Shown here piece by piece: positions 13,215-25,290 of a DNA stretch of 36,481 nt. Location: positions 1 to 36,481 of the forward strand of contig NW_014569466.1 in assembly GCF_000743755.1 (NCBI RefSeq), in the 5' to 3' direction. Each line of letters starts with the position of its first letter. Positions within the stretch are counted from its first letter, which is position 1. Made by a program: the position numbers and the translations under genes. A model generated the notes under the pieces. It was not told where the DNA came from. It was given only the letters and a program-made list of their open reading frames with translations, and did not search any database. This DNA comes from Blastocystis sp. subtype 4 (taxonomy: Eukaryota).

Positions 13215-13895
13215 TCAACTATGTTTCTTAGAATTATCGTACATATCAGTCTGTGATAAACCAGATAAAAGATCATTTGCCATATCCAGATACTCCAAAT
13301 GGTTCTTCTGCTCCTCAGGGACGACGATTTTCGATTCCTGATACCGCTTTGAATTGTCAGAAGAATTTTCAGCAATCCTGCGATAGAAATTGGTAAGAAA
13401 TGAAGACCATTCCTCAACCGGAATAGAATCCTTTTTCTGAACTAGCATATCAATTTCCTCAGGAGCATCTTGCCATTTTTCGATTACCATCTACATGATC
13501 AGCCTTTTCGCCTCCAAAACCGACTTGTTTCCGTTTAGGAATCACCTTCTTTAGTCTTTTGGCAACAGGACCGTTAGAATCAAACACACAGTCAAACTCC
13601 ACTCTGTTAGTCGGTAGCAGCAACCGAACATCATCTTCAATATCTGTATAATGAATGAACACTAAAACAATCAAAAGAAGACTAGAACATACCATCCTTC
13701 CAACTTCCGTAGTGGTTAATGATATCATTCTGCAACTCGAATTCGGGATGGATAAAGCCAAATCCTTTCTTATTGTTAAAAGACTTGACATTTCCGGAAT
13801 AGTACCTCCCTTGCTACAAGTAATATGTTCCCTACGCACTCTACAGTACTATACCAGATGTGAAGTGTCCTCTTTCCTAAAAGGACACGAAACAT
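13215..13895 (-). CDS. Cold-shock-domain protein with a mitochondrial-type presequence
   Basis: MFRVLLGKRTLHIWYST then GNVKSFNNKKGFGFI (RNP1) …DVFIHYTDI (RNP2) …VEF…GPVA; three introns of 31-34 nt; TGTTTGTT at 13207-13200. Confidence 0.82.
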
Positions 13896-13938
13896 TCCAA
13901 ACAAACAATGACGAAGCAAACACAATATCCTTCAAACA

Positions 13939-16861
13939 TTAGTTTTCCACTGGAATAGACCCATATAATGACTTAACCCGTTGGACTAACTGTCTTGAAG
14001 GAGATTCATACTGTTTCTCTCTATCGTAGTTTAAAGCGCTTGGAAATCGACGACGTGGGCTTGTAGTCGACAAGCGAAATGGGGATGGATGTAAGAACGT
14101 CCTATTCGTCTTACAACCAAAAGAGGAATAATGACGATCAACACAACGTACAAGAGCGTGGTAATAGAGATCGGCATCATGAGCAATTACATAAGTATTC
14201 ATATTAGCTGCACGTATGATCACCTACATCACAATCATAATCTCCAACCTACTTCAGTCGAGGAGGATATAGAAAGCTCCATACAATAATACCAGAGTGG
14301 ACCATAATTGGGTTCCACAAACGATGCACGATGCGAATAGGATGTCAACTGAAGATTACTACATAATAAATGAGCAAGAATCAGTGGATTCCCGCAATCA
14401 TGAAACTGCAGAAACACATCTGAAGTAATCATCATCAAACGAATGCCCTGGGATCATGACTCATATCAATCATTACTTCAATTATGATATCTCCGTATTG
14501 AGGAGTGAAGAAGGCAGAATAGTTCAATGCCTTCAAAGCATTGGATGGTGAAAAGTGAGATGATGTTGGATCAAGAAAGATTCGAACACCTTCACACCAC
14601 ACCTCACCAGACTTAGCCACATGATGCAAAGCGATACGAAAACAGCGGAGAGCCTCTTCAGCTCCAAAAAGTCTACAATAATAAGAAGAATATGTTTATA
14701 CTGATGCGACAAATGAATGAATGATGACCACAAGCGACCAGCACCGACATAATGACGAATGGACCGGCGACAGAGGCGATATGCTTCCATCATACGATTG
14801 CAGCGTACCTATAAATTATCATGACTCTTATTCATTACTAATTGATTGATGTATTCAAGAGATAATTTCCACTCCTCAGGAAAACGAAGAATTCCCGTGG
14901 ATAATAATTATGCACTTGTGTCAGCATGTCCAGCATAGAACTCAATCTTCGAGTATTCAAGCAATAAGTAATGTTGATATCTGATAGGACAATTCCGAAT
15001 CCCTCGTTGCATGATCTATTGTCATCAATGAAAATAAATGCGATACAAGACGTGCAGCTTGATAGTAGGAGGCCACAGCAGCATCTCGACCCAATGTCAT
15101 ATAAACCTTCCACTGAAGGGATGGCGGACAGATACGCAATGTCATCGCTACATCCTGAAATAATTGAGATGTAAGATAATGAAGTCGTGACTCATATTCA
15201 GATGGTTCGATCTTAGAATGAACAATGAATGAAATCACTACAAGAAGAAAGGCGCAATAACGGAAATAGTTCAGAAGTCGAGTATCATGACAGATACGAG
15301 AATAATACACCTTCCAGAGAATATCCATTGGTAAGACCTGAGAGGCAAGACGAGTTATCTCATCATACAATGAATTGATAGAGGAACATTCTGGAAGAGG
15401 AATAGGACAACACAGGATAGAAAAAGACTCAATGAGGTCCAGAGAAAGAGTCCACAAAGGACCATGCTTAGGAGAATGATATAAGATATCCAGAATAAGT
15501 TGATTCGTTTCTTCATAAGGACACATTACTTGACAATACTTGAGGATTCGGAGAAAGAGCCAACCACTGTATGTGGCTGGATTAGATCCAACTTCACAGA
15601 AAAGAGACCACGAAGCACGCTCCTCACCCAGTTTAGCTAGGACTTGAGCCGCATCGACAGTTACCTTAACTGCACGTTGGGAGTTAATTTGACGAAGACG
15701 CTGAATCAGATCACATATTCCTTTAGTGTCTGTAAGCTTCTCAAGAATTCGAAGTTTCTTTGTAAGAAGAAGAAGGTTATCTGGAATTGCATTAATAGCC
15801 GTGTTTATGACACACAATGCATTATCATAACATCCAGCTTCCATTTCCATGCGAGCAAATTCAAGCCAAGTCTGTGTTTGCTGAGGATACTTCAATAGAA
15901 AAAGAATGAAGAGTAGACGCGACTTATTCACCGTACACTGTTTCTTAAAGCTAATACACTGACGTGTCACACGATCCGCTGCATCTCGAACGGAAATATC
16001 ACGAATCAGACTCTCCATAAGCAACTGAGATTCTTTGGATAACGAGCTTGATAGTAATCTCCCATAGAGAGGATTCAACACCAGAGATCGATAACACAGA
16101 TTGCGGATCCCATTTCGATTCTCCTGACCGCGAGTGGATATGGAAGGAGAACAAGTGGAGAATGAACGCTCTTTCAAACAAGGAAGTGAGTTTCCGGGCC
16201 ATGGAGACGAATGATAATCTGATACTAGTGGTGTAGATCGCGTGTACCGAACTGGATATCCTCTAGAAAAAGAGATTTCAGGAGCCTGTCTTGGATACAA
16301 AGATTCATTGTAAACTATGCTATTTCTTGTAAGATCGTGGAAGCTTGCATCTCCAGATAATTGAGACATACCGTTTTGGCTAAAATAAGCGGAAGAGTCA
16401 TACAGAGGTGGATAAGAAAACCTATACAATGAGAATAGATGTCGATTCACACTGATCCCGATATCGACTGTGAGGTGATTTTGAAACTAAATAAGGAGAA
16501 TGGTTACTAAAAAGTCTAAAACATAAAACAAATCCGTTTCCTCCGAATACTGATTAGAATCATTTCTGCCAAGTCCAGGTTGTCTATAACGTTGATCTAG
16601 ATTATGAAAAGGATGCATAATCTACTACAATCATCACGTGGGCTTAAAGAAGAGGAAGAATGTGGATACACAGTTTGCGGTAAATTGTATTCATCAGAGC
16701 TAGAACATCATGTAATGCACTAAGATAACATACTTATTGTAATACAATTGACCATCTACACAATCACGAGAAACCGTCAACACTGGCTGGTCGTTTGCAT
16801 CCAGCGTACTGGAGATTGGATAATAATCTTCATGGCTGCTGTTATTATAAGGAGGAAACAT
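13939..16861 (-). CDS. HAT/TPR-repeat protein, multi-exon; 5' end uncertain
   Basis: QTWLEFARMEMEAG, PKHGPLW, WKVY, GRLWSSF, KSGEVWCEG, TPQYGD and EPNYGPLW in successive exons; TAA at 13941-13939 and TGTTTGTT at 13907-13900. Confidence 0.7.
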
Positions 16862-17446
16862 CGCGAAACACTAGTCCCAAACAGCGAGGAAATGGTTATG
16901 CTACTGAACACCTAAAAGGTCTAAGGTTGCTCTACCCGTAGGTTCCTATTTCGATCGACCTTTTCTAATATCCGCATCATAGAAATCAATGGTTCCTAAT
17001 CAATCGATTACTGAACGTGCACTCTACTTGGGAACAATCTCTGGAATACGATTCGGATTATTCCGCTAACAATCCCCACTTCAGAAAACAGTAAATTGAG
17101 ATTAAATGCGTGTCTTTAGTATCCTATCGGATAAAATCCGTTATCTCTTCCTTCAAAAAGCAATCCAATGGTTGTCTCCATTTCATCTAGGATCTCTCAT
17201 GTCATGTTAACTGTTTCTTGTGTGCATTACTTGAACTTGCGGCTAGATGGTTGGCATATAACAAAGAAAAGTGAAAACCCACTCTTTCTCAAAATAATGA
17301 GAACACTTTGTTCGGAAAATGATGAATTCAGAGTAATACTACTGATAAAGTGACGAAAGTGGATATCTCTTGGGGCAAATCATATTCGATTAAAACCTAT
17401 TCAATAGGAATAACCATTATTGGTAAAGTGTCATGTCTCCGAAATA

Positions 17447-17495
17447 ACAAAAATCACCTATGTTTCTGGAATCCGGAAACATAGGTGATTTTTGT
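17447..17495. repeat. Perfect 20-bp inverted repeat with a 9-nt partly self-complementary spacer
   Basis: acaaaaatcacctatgtttc (17447-17466) is the exact reverse complement of gaaacataggtgatttttgt (17476-17495). Confidence 0.95.
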
Positions 17496-17542
17496 GTGAA
17501 TTGAAACGAAGCAGGATATAGCTTTGAGATGGTATTATCACG

Positions 17543-19759
17543 ATGGACACCATCTATGAAGACCCAGAGGAGCAGGGTATTGGACTCAAAGGCAACTGGT
17601 TGTCATCATTACGACGAAGATTCCAACAATCAACGATTTCGGTACAAGATTGTTCTCTCTTTGTGTATTGTATTCTTGGAACAGTGATTTTATCCTATTC
17701 CTTTCTCTCAGATAGCATTCTCGACATTTTCTACTATGTATCTCACGAAAGTGAGGCTATTGCCACTGCTTATGTAGAATTCCTCATATTCGTTTCCAAT
17801 AGACCCAAATACTTGAGGATCTCCAGTATGCATTCGCGATCATTGGTGGATTGATGGCTGATTGTCTTTATGGGCGTGTTCCAGTCATGGTTTGGTCCTA
17901 TCTGGCATATACAGTATGTGTTTCCATATCGTTTCTTGTTGTTTCCTTTGCATCTCCGGTATTTTATCTTGTCTTCGCTTTAGTGTTGGTATTTAAAGGA
18001 TACTTGATTATAGAACACTTTCAAGTATGACATATGGAGTCGTTATATCATGTACACTGACATTAGTTCTGAACTACGACTCGCTAATGACAATCAAGCG
18101 ATCCAGTACGTTGATTCGATGTATCTGCAAGTTGGACACTGTACTTCTCCTCACTTCTAGAGTCCTTCTGATATGGAGTCTTTCTACACTATTAACACGG
18201 ACAGTGATGACTTGGATTCCATTTCTCCCTGGATTCCGGATTCTATCACTTCTCTCTATCGTTCTTCTGTCATTAACTGTATCTCATTAGATTCAGTCTC
18301 ATCGTAGGCTCATCTGGCTCATTCAAAACGACATCATTTCATCAACATTCCTATTCAAGGGAATCCAGTCAAGGAATACACACATTCAGCACGTATTCTA
18401 TCACGCGAATACAATTATCCAATTGCAGATGCTTCTGCTGTCACAACTACTGGGGTTCAAGTATTGCATCAAGCCTCTACAGACTATTACACACGGAGTG
18501 TTTCGCAGGACTCGGTGGATGGCTCTCCTCCTGTCTTGCGTGCCTCTTCTGTGGACCGGTATTATACAACTCAAGATGTGGTTGTCCCATCAACGACAAA
18601 TATCAGTCCTCTCTTCTCTAATAGTGCCGATATGAGTCTTGCCCTGAATTCTAATTGTGATGAACCTCCTTCCTCACATCAAGGCGTTCGAATCAAAGTA
18701 TTAAGACCCATATACAAGGATCCAACTCTATTAGATGGATATAAGGAGGAAAAACGTTGTAGAGAAACAGCTATGCTGTTGCGAAACGGAATCGAAACAA
18801 ATCTGCTGGGTCGTAAAGAAGAGTGAAGAGGATAACGACTAGAACTCTTTCGTGTCACCAACATGGTATGGATTGCATCCATCCAGATCATTTACTGGTG
18901 TTCCCTCGAGTTCACAAAGGGAGTTCTGCTCGCTCAGGTTGATTTCTTGCCACATCCATCTCCGTTGTCTGTTCTTCTAATAGAAACGGCCTATCCAGCA
19001 GTTCAAGTGATAGCTACAATCATCACATTCATGGTTATTCTGTATATGCGATCAGCAACACGCATAACTGCTTCTTCTCTTCAGATTATTGGATTTGGAT
19101 ACATTGTATTTCTATTCTGCCACTCTCACTATAGACATTGATCATTGGAATGGTTGTTACTGCATCAACAAACAGTTTCATTCTTCTTATGGAGACCAAG
19201 TATCAATCTATCACTCTTCTTGCTCTTCCTTGCATCATAACAGCTATTAGTGAGATCCTAGTGATCTATGGTTCTATCCTTCATTTCTTTGAGGAGTCAC
19301 CTCGTCGATCTCAAGCAGTTCTTCTCTCATTATCCTTCTTGTCCAGATACTGTGGTTCTCTTCTCTTCTATGCTGTTCTTCCTGTATTGAATACCCTATG
19401 TAGACTAGATGCAGCACCAGATCGTATCTATCATTATGAATTTGGACTGATGCTTCAATGTGTATTCCTGTTCATCACTCTAGGACTACATGTGTGGCGA
19501 TCCATGAAATACCATTATGTGACAGAGAAAGAATTAGACAAGGAGTGTGAGAATTTGCGTCCTGACCGTATTCTCCATCCTTATCTCACGAAAGTGGTTG
19601 ATCCAATCAAGTTGAGATTGTTCTCTTCTTTCATACCTAGAAACCGATCGAAATCGTGTGACTCTGGATCATCGTCAGCAAAATCATCAATGTCAACACG
19701 TTCACTCTCTGATGAAGTCCTTCTATTTTCGTCAACAAATCGAGTTGATACATCTGTGT
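17543..19759 (+). CDS. Divergent POT/PTR-like (MFS) transporter; stop probably completed by poly(A)
   Basis: Many TM segments; GGLMADCLYGR, FEESPRRSQAVL…CGSLL and C-terminal KYHY resemble POT motifs. TATTTGTT at 19764 lies 5 nt after the in-frame T at 19759. Confidence 0.62.
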
Positions 19760-19785
19760 ATTGTATTTGTTATCATGAAACATAT

Positions 19786-20791
19786 TCATTTGTTCTTCCA
19801 TCTCTTCTCTGCCATTTCCTGGAATGGATTGTTTTTGTGACTTCTCTTTTTCTCTTTGTGTTTCCTAACTTTCTTCGTTTTTCCTTGGTCAATCGCCATA
19901 TCCCATTCATCAGGTTTCCTCATCTCTTCCCATTCTTTCAATGATACTTGCCGAGTTTCATTAATAATTTGTTCAAAACTCTGTTTATCTTCACTCCAAT
20001 CCAATACTATGGATGAATCACTCAATCTATTACTACCTTCTTCTTTGACAAGCGATCCTTCCTCCTTAATAGGCAACACTTCCTCTTCATGTTTTTGTTT
20101 CTGCTGTGAAATTAGTTTCGATAACGGCGCTTGTTCATCGTCTGCAGCAGGAAGTGATTTGGATATTTGTCTAGGTGTAGGTAAAGTTGATTCCTGTTCA
20201 TTTGAAAAATGGCCTAGGTCTTAGACTGGTTATTTACCTACGTATTGGCATATTAAGCCATTGTCGAGTTGATTTTGAGATTACTAGAAGTAAGCAGATT
20301 CATTCACACATACATTGAACCTCTTTTGAAGCAACAGGAAGCTGTGAAGACGACTCCTTCACAGTCTTTGTTTCTCCAAACAGTCTTTTGGTCTTGGGTT
20401 TCTTGAATAGCACGAATTCATCCTCATCAGCTGTCGATTCTCTTCTTTGTTCATTGATGTCCTTTTGTTTCTCGTTCAACTGTGGTTCAACATTCTCATC
20501 CTTCTTTCCTGGCCGTGTATAAACTAGATCCTATCTTAGTCCACTAATTCACTTACATTCCTTTCCAACAGACTTTGGATGAGCTCCAGCAGCAGTTTTT
20601 GCTAAAACAAAAGCAATTCTATGCATCACCCTCTTCCTTTCATATTCACCTGCGGGGAAGCAGCTTCTGCACATTTCGTTCCAGAAGTTTCCTAATATAT
20701 TACATTCCATCATTTACTATCATTCCTACATAACATCCTTCTTCTTTATATCTGCTGTTTGTTTACTATCATCAGCAGTCGTTTCAGTCAT
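19786..20791 (-). CDS. Low-complexity basic protein with a USP36/UBP23-like C-terminal tail
   Basis: ATG at 20791, several short introns; ends PDEWDMAIDQGKTKKVRKHKEKKRSHKNNPFQEMAEKRWKNK*. Confidence 0.6.
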
Positions 20792-20820
20792 TCCTTGGAA
20801 AACAAACAAGCAAATAATCA

Positions 20821-21499
20821 CTATTTCACCTGTTCTTTGAATATCTTTTTTGAGGCAAACTGCATTTCATGAACATCTTTAAATAACTTCTCTTCTTCAT
20901 TATTACATTGACGACTACTTGATCGTAAGAGACGGAAAACAGAAAACGATAGTGACACTAACCCACACTAGAATAAACACTAATATCACCAGTTACCCAA
21001 TCACCTATCACAAGGAGTTCAATCACCACAAAGACAATCCTAAACACAATACTACGATCTGAATGAAACAAGAACATGATCGCAATGAAAATAGCATCTA
21101 TTACAGCTCCTAAAAAGACGATTCCAATGTGATGTTAAGAGTCTTTCATACCAATTAATAGGATATCGGTAACTGGAGCCATGGGTTGTAAATCCAACTT
21201 GTGATACTACCGTACAAAGAAGCAATGACCACAACTATCGCCAAAGCAAAGATGTTACAATTAGTAATTGTACTCAGTTGCCTACTGAAACAGAGGATAA
21301 TAATTCCGATGATACAGACAAAAATGGAATTGATACGCAGAGCCCAAATCTTTCCAACAGATGTCTCAAGTTTCTCTTCTTCGATTTCTCTACATATTAA
21401 GCAAAAAAACAGACTTGACTTTTGATCCTTCTTGTGAACTACCTCTTTGTCTTGATTTGTGGGAAGATATTCTTGTGCAATCGTTACATTAGTCGACAT
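20821..21499 (-). CDS. Small multi-pass membrane protein of unknown function
   Basis: About four hydrophobic segments across exons; TAG at 20823-20821; TGTTTGTT at 20808-20801. Confidence 0.6.
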
Positions 21500-21716
21500 T
21501 ATCCAATTCAAATTGATTTGATAGAAGGGAGTAAAAGTGGAATTCCAAGATCATGTCTCCATTCAAATACAAGTTGTCGAGTGTGGTTGCTCTTCTATTG
21601 TATTGCGTATTAGAAGGTAGGGTTTGAGAAAGTTGAAAGAGGACCTGGGATTGAGTGTGCTGAAAGGAGATTCGTTCTCATCCTTTTTGTAGGCACTCGG
21701 ATTCCCTACGTTTGTA

Positions 21717-23289
21717 ATGGACCAGCCAATTCTTTTTGACAACCCTACCAAGGAGCCAACTCCAATGGATAGTAATGAAGTGAGGAATCGGATAGATTGG
21801 TAATTAATAGAATCTCCAGCTTGGGTTAATGGATCAGACCAGTCTCAATACAACTGATAGTCTTCTTGGTGATTCTGCTAGCAACTATCTCAGTTATGGA
21901 TCGCAAAGGAATTCTAAAGTCCGACAGCCTTCATTTTTCACTTTTGATCCAATCCCCTCCACTTCAGGCAGTCAGCATTTCGCCTCGAGTATGTCAGGTT
22001 CAACGGATCTCCTCCATTTAAGGATGGGACCGGATTTATCCATTGATCCTCATTATCATCCAGATTTCCGACGTAAATCTCGGTTAACTGGTTTTGGATT
22101 GGAAGATGCACATTCTCCTTTTAACGATCTTTCTCTTTACGATGATGGACTTTTTTCTGGAGAGAGTTATCGTTCTTCTATTCTTAATCGTCCTTTTTTC
22201 TCCTCAAGCTTTGCCACTTCTCCCTCTTATTCTGAGCCTGTTGGAGGTTGCCAGGATAGAGATTGTATTTTTCACGAATCCAGTGTACCAACAACTCCAA
22301 CTCTTCTTAATCTTCGTCCCCAGCGAACTTCGATACCAATGGGAAATGTGTCTTTATCCTCGGGACCATCTCAACTTTCCTCATCCAACACTTCCTTCAA
22401 GTCCATCAACCCTCCATTAGGATCAGTGAATTCCCAGATCACTTCAGTGAATCCTCCACCTGCATCATCCAACACTTCACTCTCATCATCCAGTACGCAG
22501 TTGGAATCGGCGAACCCTCCACTTCAGCGGTCATCCAACCCTTTGGGTAGCTCCCCCACTCCTAAACATACTTCACCCTCAATCCAACGTACTTCACCTC
22601 AACGCTCACAACGTTCTCAGCGTCATGGAACTCCCCGTACGTCACAGAGCAGTCCTCAGCGACCGAACAGCCGGTACGCAGGCAATCGTAGCCGTACTGG
22701 TTCACCAGGGACTATCGATGTAAGTAACGAGGTTCGTCTTGAAGATGTGGAGAGTGGGAAAGACAGACGAACTACGCTAATGATCAAAAACATACCGAAT
22801 GCGTAGTTATCAAATCATGGGATAAACCTTAGATTTTCCCGTGAAACCATTCTATCAATCATTGATCTGTATTGTAAGGATAAATATGATTTCTTCTATC
22901 TTCCAATTGACCAGAAAACGAATTGTAATTTGGGTTATGGGTATATTAACATGGTTGATTTAGAGAGTGTGATTCGACTGTACAAGGAAGTAGGACGTAT
23001 TGATGCATGTTGATTGTAGTTCAATGGAAAGAAGTGGACTAACACTCGAAGTGTAAAAGTTTGTTCTATCTGTTATGGTCGATTACAGAGTGGAAATGTT
23101 CGTTTGGAGTGGGAGTTTTATTTGTAGGAAAATCTTGTAGAGTACTGTAGTGATTGGTCTGTAATGACTTCGGATGAGAAGTATCATCCATTGTTTTTCA
23201 AGCCTGTTCATTCAATAGTCGAAGGGGTTGATGTCATCACAATGGAACGATATATTCCCAAAATATCACTATCAATGAAGAATAACTAA
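21717..23289 (+). CDS. Mei2-like RNA-binding protein (C-terminal RRM3 only); start uncertain
   Basis: DRRTTLMIKNIPN…YDFFYLPID…CNLGYGYINM…FNGKKW…KVCSICYGRLQ after a Ser/Pro-rich region; TGTTTGTT at 23300-23307. Confidence 0.88.
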
Positions 23290-23380
23290 TGTCATCATTT
23301 GTTTGTTCGATTATCAATACTTGATGAATATGGGACTATTTCTGGAACTATTCCGATCTAGCCATTCTTCGTTGTTTATT

Positions 23381-24207
23381 ATGGTAATCCTTGTTCTCTG
23401 TTTCTTATTCGTAGCAAAAAACAACTTCAACAAATCCGGCAGTTGTATTACCTGAATGGAAATGTCACTTGTAGAGGGAAGCTTTTGCCACTCTGGATGA
23501 GAAAAAGATGAAGACTTGTGGAATATTAGCAAATCTATATAGTATTGTTGTAGTAAGAATTGAAGGTCGTATACTTAGATAGACGTTGGATGCACTGGAA
23601 TCATCATACAATCAAGGTTGTATTGCAGATGAGATTGTTTGGTTTTGGTTTCTTGTTAAGAAGTAGCATAATACTCGCAAAAAGAGTCTAAATGATCAAT
23701 TTAAGGGATGTATGAAAGCTGCCAGTGGTATTATCTCGGAAGAACAATTCTTTAAGGAGTTGTATAGTTACAAGATACTAATCTATAGTTATTTCCCAAA
23801 TGGAGAATATGCTCAGGGTGTAAGTATTCTTCAGGATGTAGATGGACAAATTCAAAAGTTACGTGATGAAGCTGTGAGTTTACAGTGAGCCAATGAATCG
23901 TAGACTGAAGCCTTTTACAATCTGAACGTGACTCTTCAGAAGATTAGAACAAAGAAACGAATTGCTGATGCTATCGAAGAGTTACATCAGAAGTGGGATT
24001 TCAAGAGTTTGATTATTAATAGAATTGTGAAATGTGTGTCATTTGCACATCTTTCGTTTAACTGTGAAAATGATATAGAACAAATGACAAGTATCTTGGA
24101 TGAAGATGATTGTGAAGACGATTCGAACATACAGAATCCCAATGTGATTGCAAGCATTACCAACATTATGGATGACTTGCAACAGAGATTCAAGGAATTG
24201 CACTTTT
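23381..24207 (+). CDS. Divergent VPS28-like (ESCRT-I) protein
   Basis: ATG-only first coding exon and ~30-nt introns give LANLYSIVVTLDALESSYNQGCI…KSLNDQFK…EEQFFKDY…TEAFYNL…DDLQQRFKEL. Ends either at a poly(A)-made stop (24207) or at TGA 24221. Confidence 0.62.
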
Positions 24208-24249
24208 CGTCTGTTTATTGAAAATATGCATCCGAACAAACACTCTCAA

Positions 24250-25290
24250 CTAAATACGAAAGAAAAATCTCCACAGGGAACACCACTTACTAGAAAACTC
24301 TGGACATACAACCTTGCCATCAAGGTCATACACTGTCATATGGTACACATGATCTCCAACTACACATTCCATCATCTTCACAGGAATCACTGAGACACAC
24401 AACTGTTGACAACGAATCATCGCTTGGTTTTCAATACTCCATTCATCCACTTCATCTAGAAGAGCAGCTACAGCTTGATTCAAATGGCTATCAAGAAAGG
24501 GTTGTCGGCAGTGCAAGCGACTTCCCTTAATACTGTATCCAAGAATACCTTTGGCATTCCGAAGGTTGTTCATACCCACATCACAACAATCGATGTACTT
24601 CGAAAAGGCCTTTGTTTTGAAATCAGCCCGAATTACCTTGTGATACTCGATCACTCCACTTCCTTTGCAGAAAGTACAGGAGGAAAGTAAGGGAGCATCT
24701 TCGTTGCAGGAGTTGAATACACTTTGGGGTGTTGACTGGACAGAACAGTAAGGACAAGCAGTCCGAATAACTGAATCTGGAACCTCACATACTCTATATG
24801 AGTCTTCAAACGAGGAAGGGAGAGAGAGATACATATCCCAGGGACTCACTCGAGATGGAGACGAGGAATAGACCTTATCAGATAGATGTTGAGGCTTCCA
24901 TGATAATGAGCGAGCTTCAAACTGATTGTTGATAGTAATAATATAACAGTAAAAAGGTTGCTCACGAGTAACACGAATCCTCGAGAGTAAATGTGACCTT
25001 CCAATATAGAAGGGACGGAGATAGGAACGGATAGCAGCTACACACGAAGAAGTGGAAAGAGCAGGATAGTCAATCCATGGACATGTAATTTCTTTCACAG
25101 TGATATTACAATTGTCTGGTAAGGGAATGTTTTGAGTTCCAAGAACATCTTCCTCACAGCTCTACGTATTACCATGACTTGCCATTTGTACATTCACAGA
25201 AGATATGGAATGAAGTGGAGAACCCTCAGTGTCTTCATGCGGGCTTAGAGGCAGAGAAACTTCTCCTTTAAATAGTTCATCAAATATCAT
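24250..25290 (-). CDS. SSUH2-like protein
   Basis: FEARSLSW…SPWDM…FED…EVPDS…CPYC…CTFCKGSG…QQLCVSVIPV…VYDLDGKV; one 30-nt intron; TGTTTGTT at 24242-24235. Confidence 0.75.

Noticed and set aside
16862..17400. Possible small gene upstream of the HAT/TPR gene
   Set aside because: Intron-like segments exist but I could not build a consistent spliced frame on either strand.
21140..21215. Apparent frameshift in the small membrane protein
   Set aside because: A 35-38 nt GT-AG intron ending …ggctccag restores the frame.
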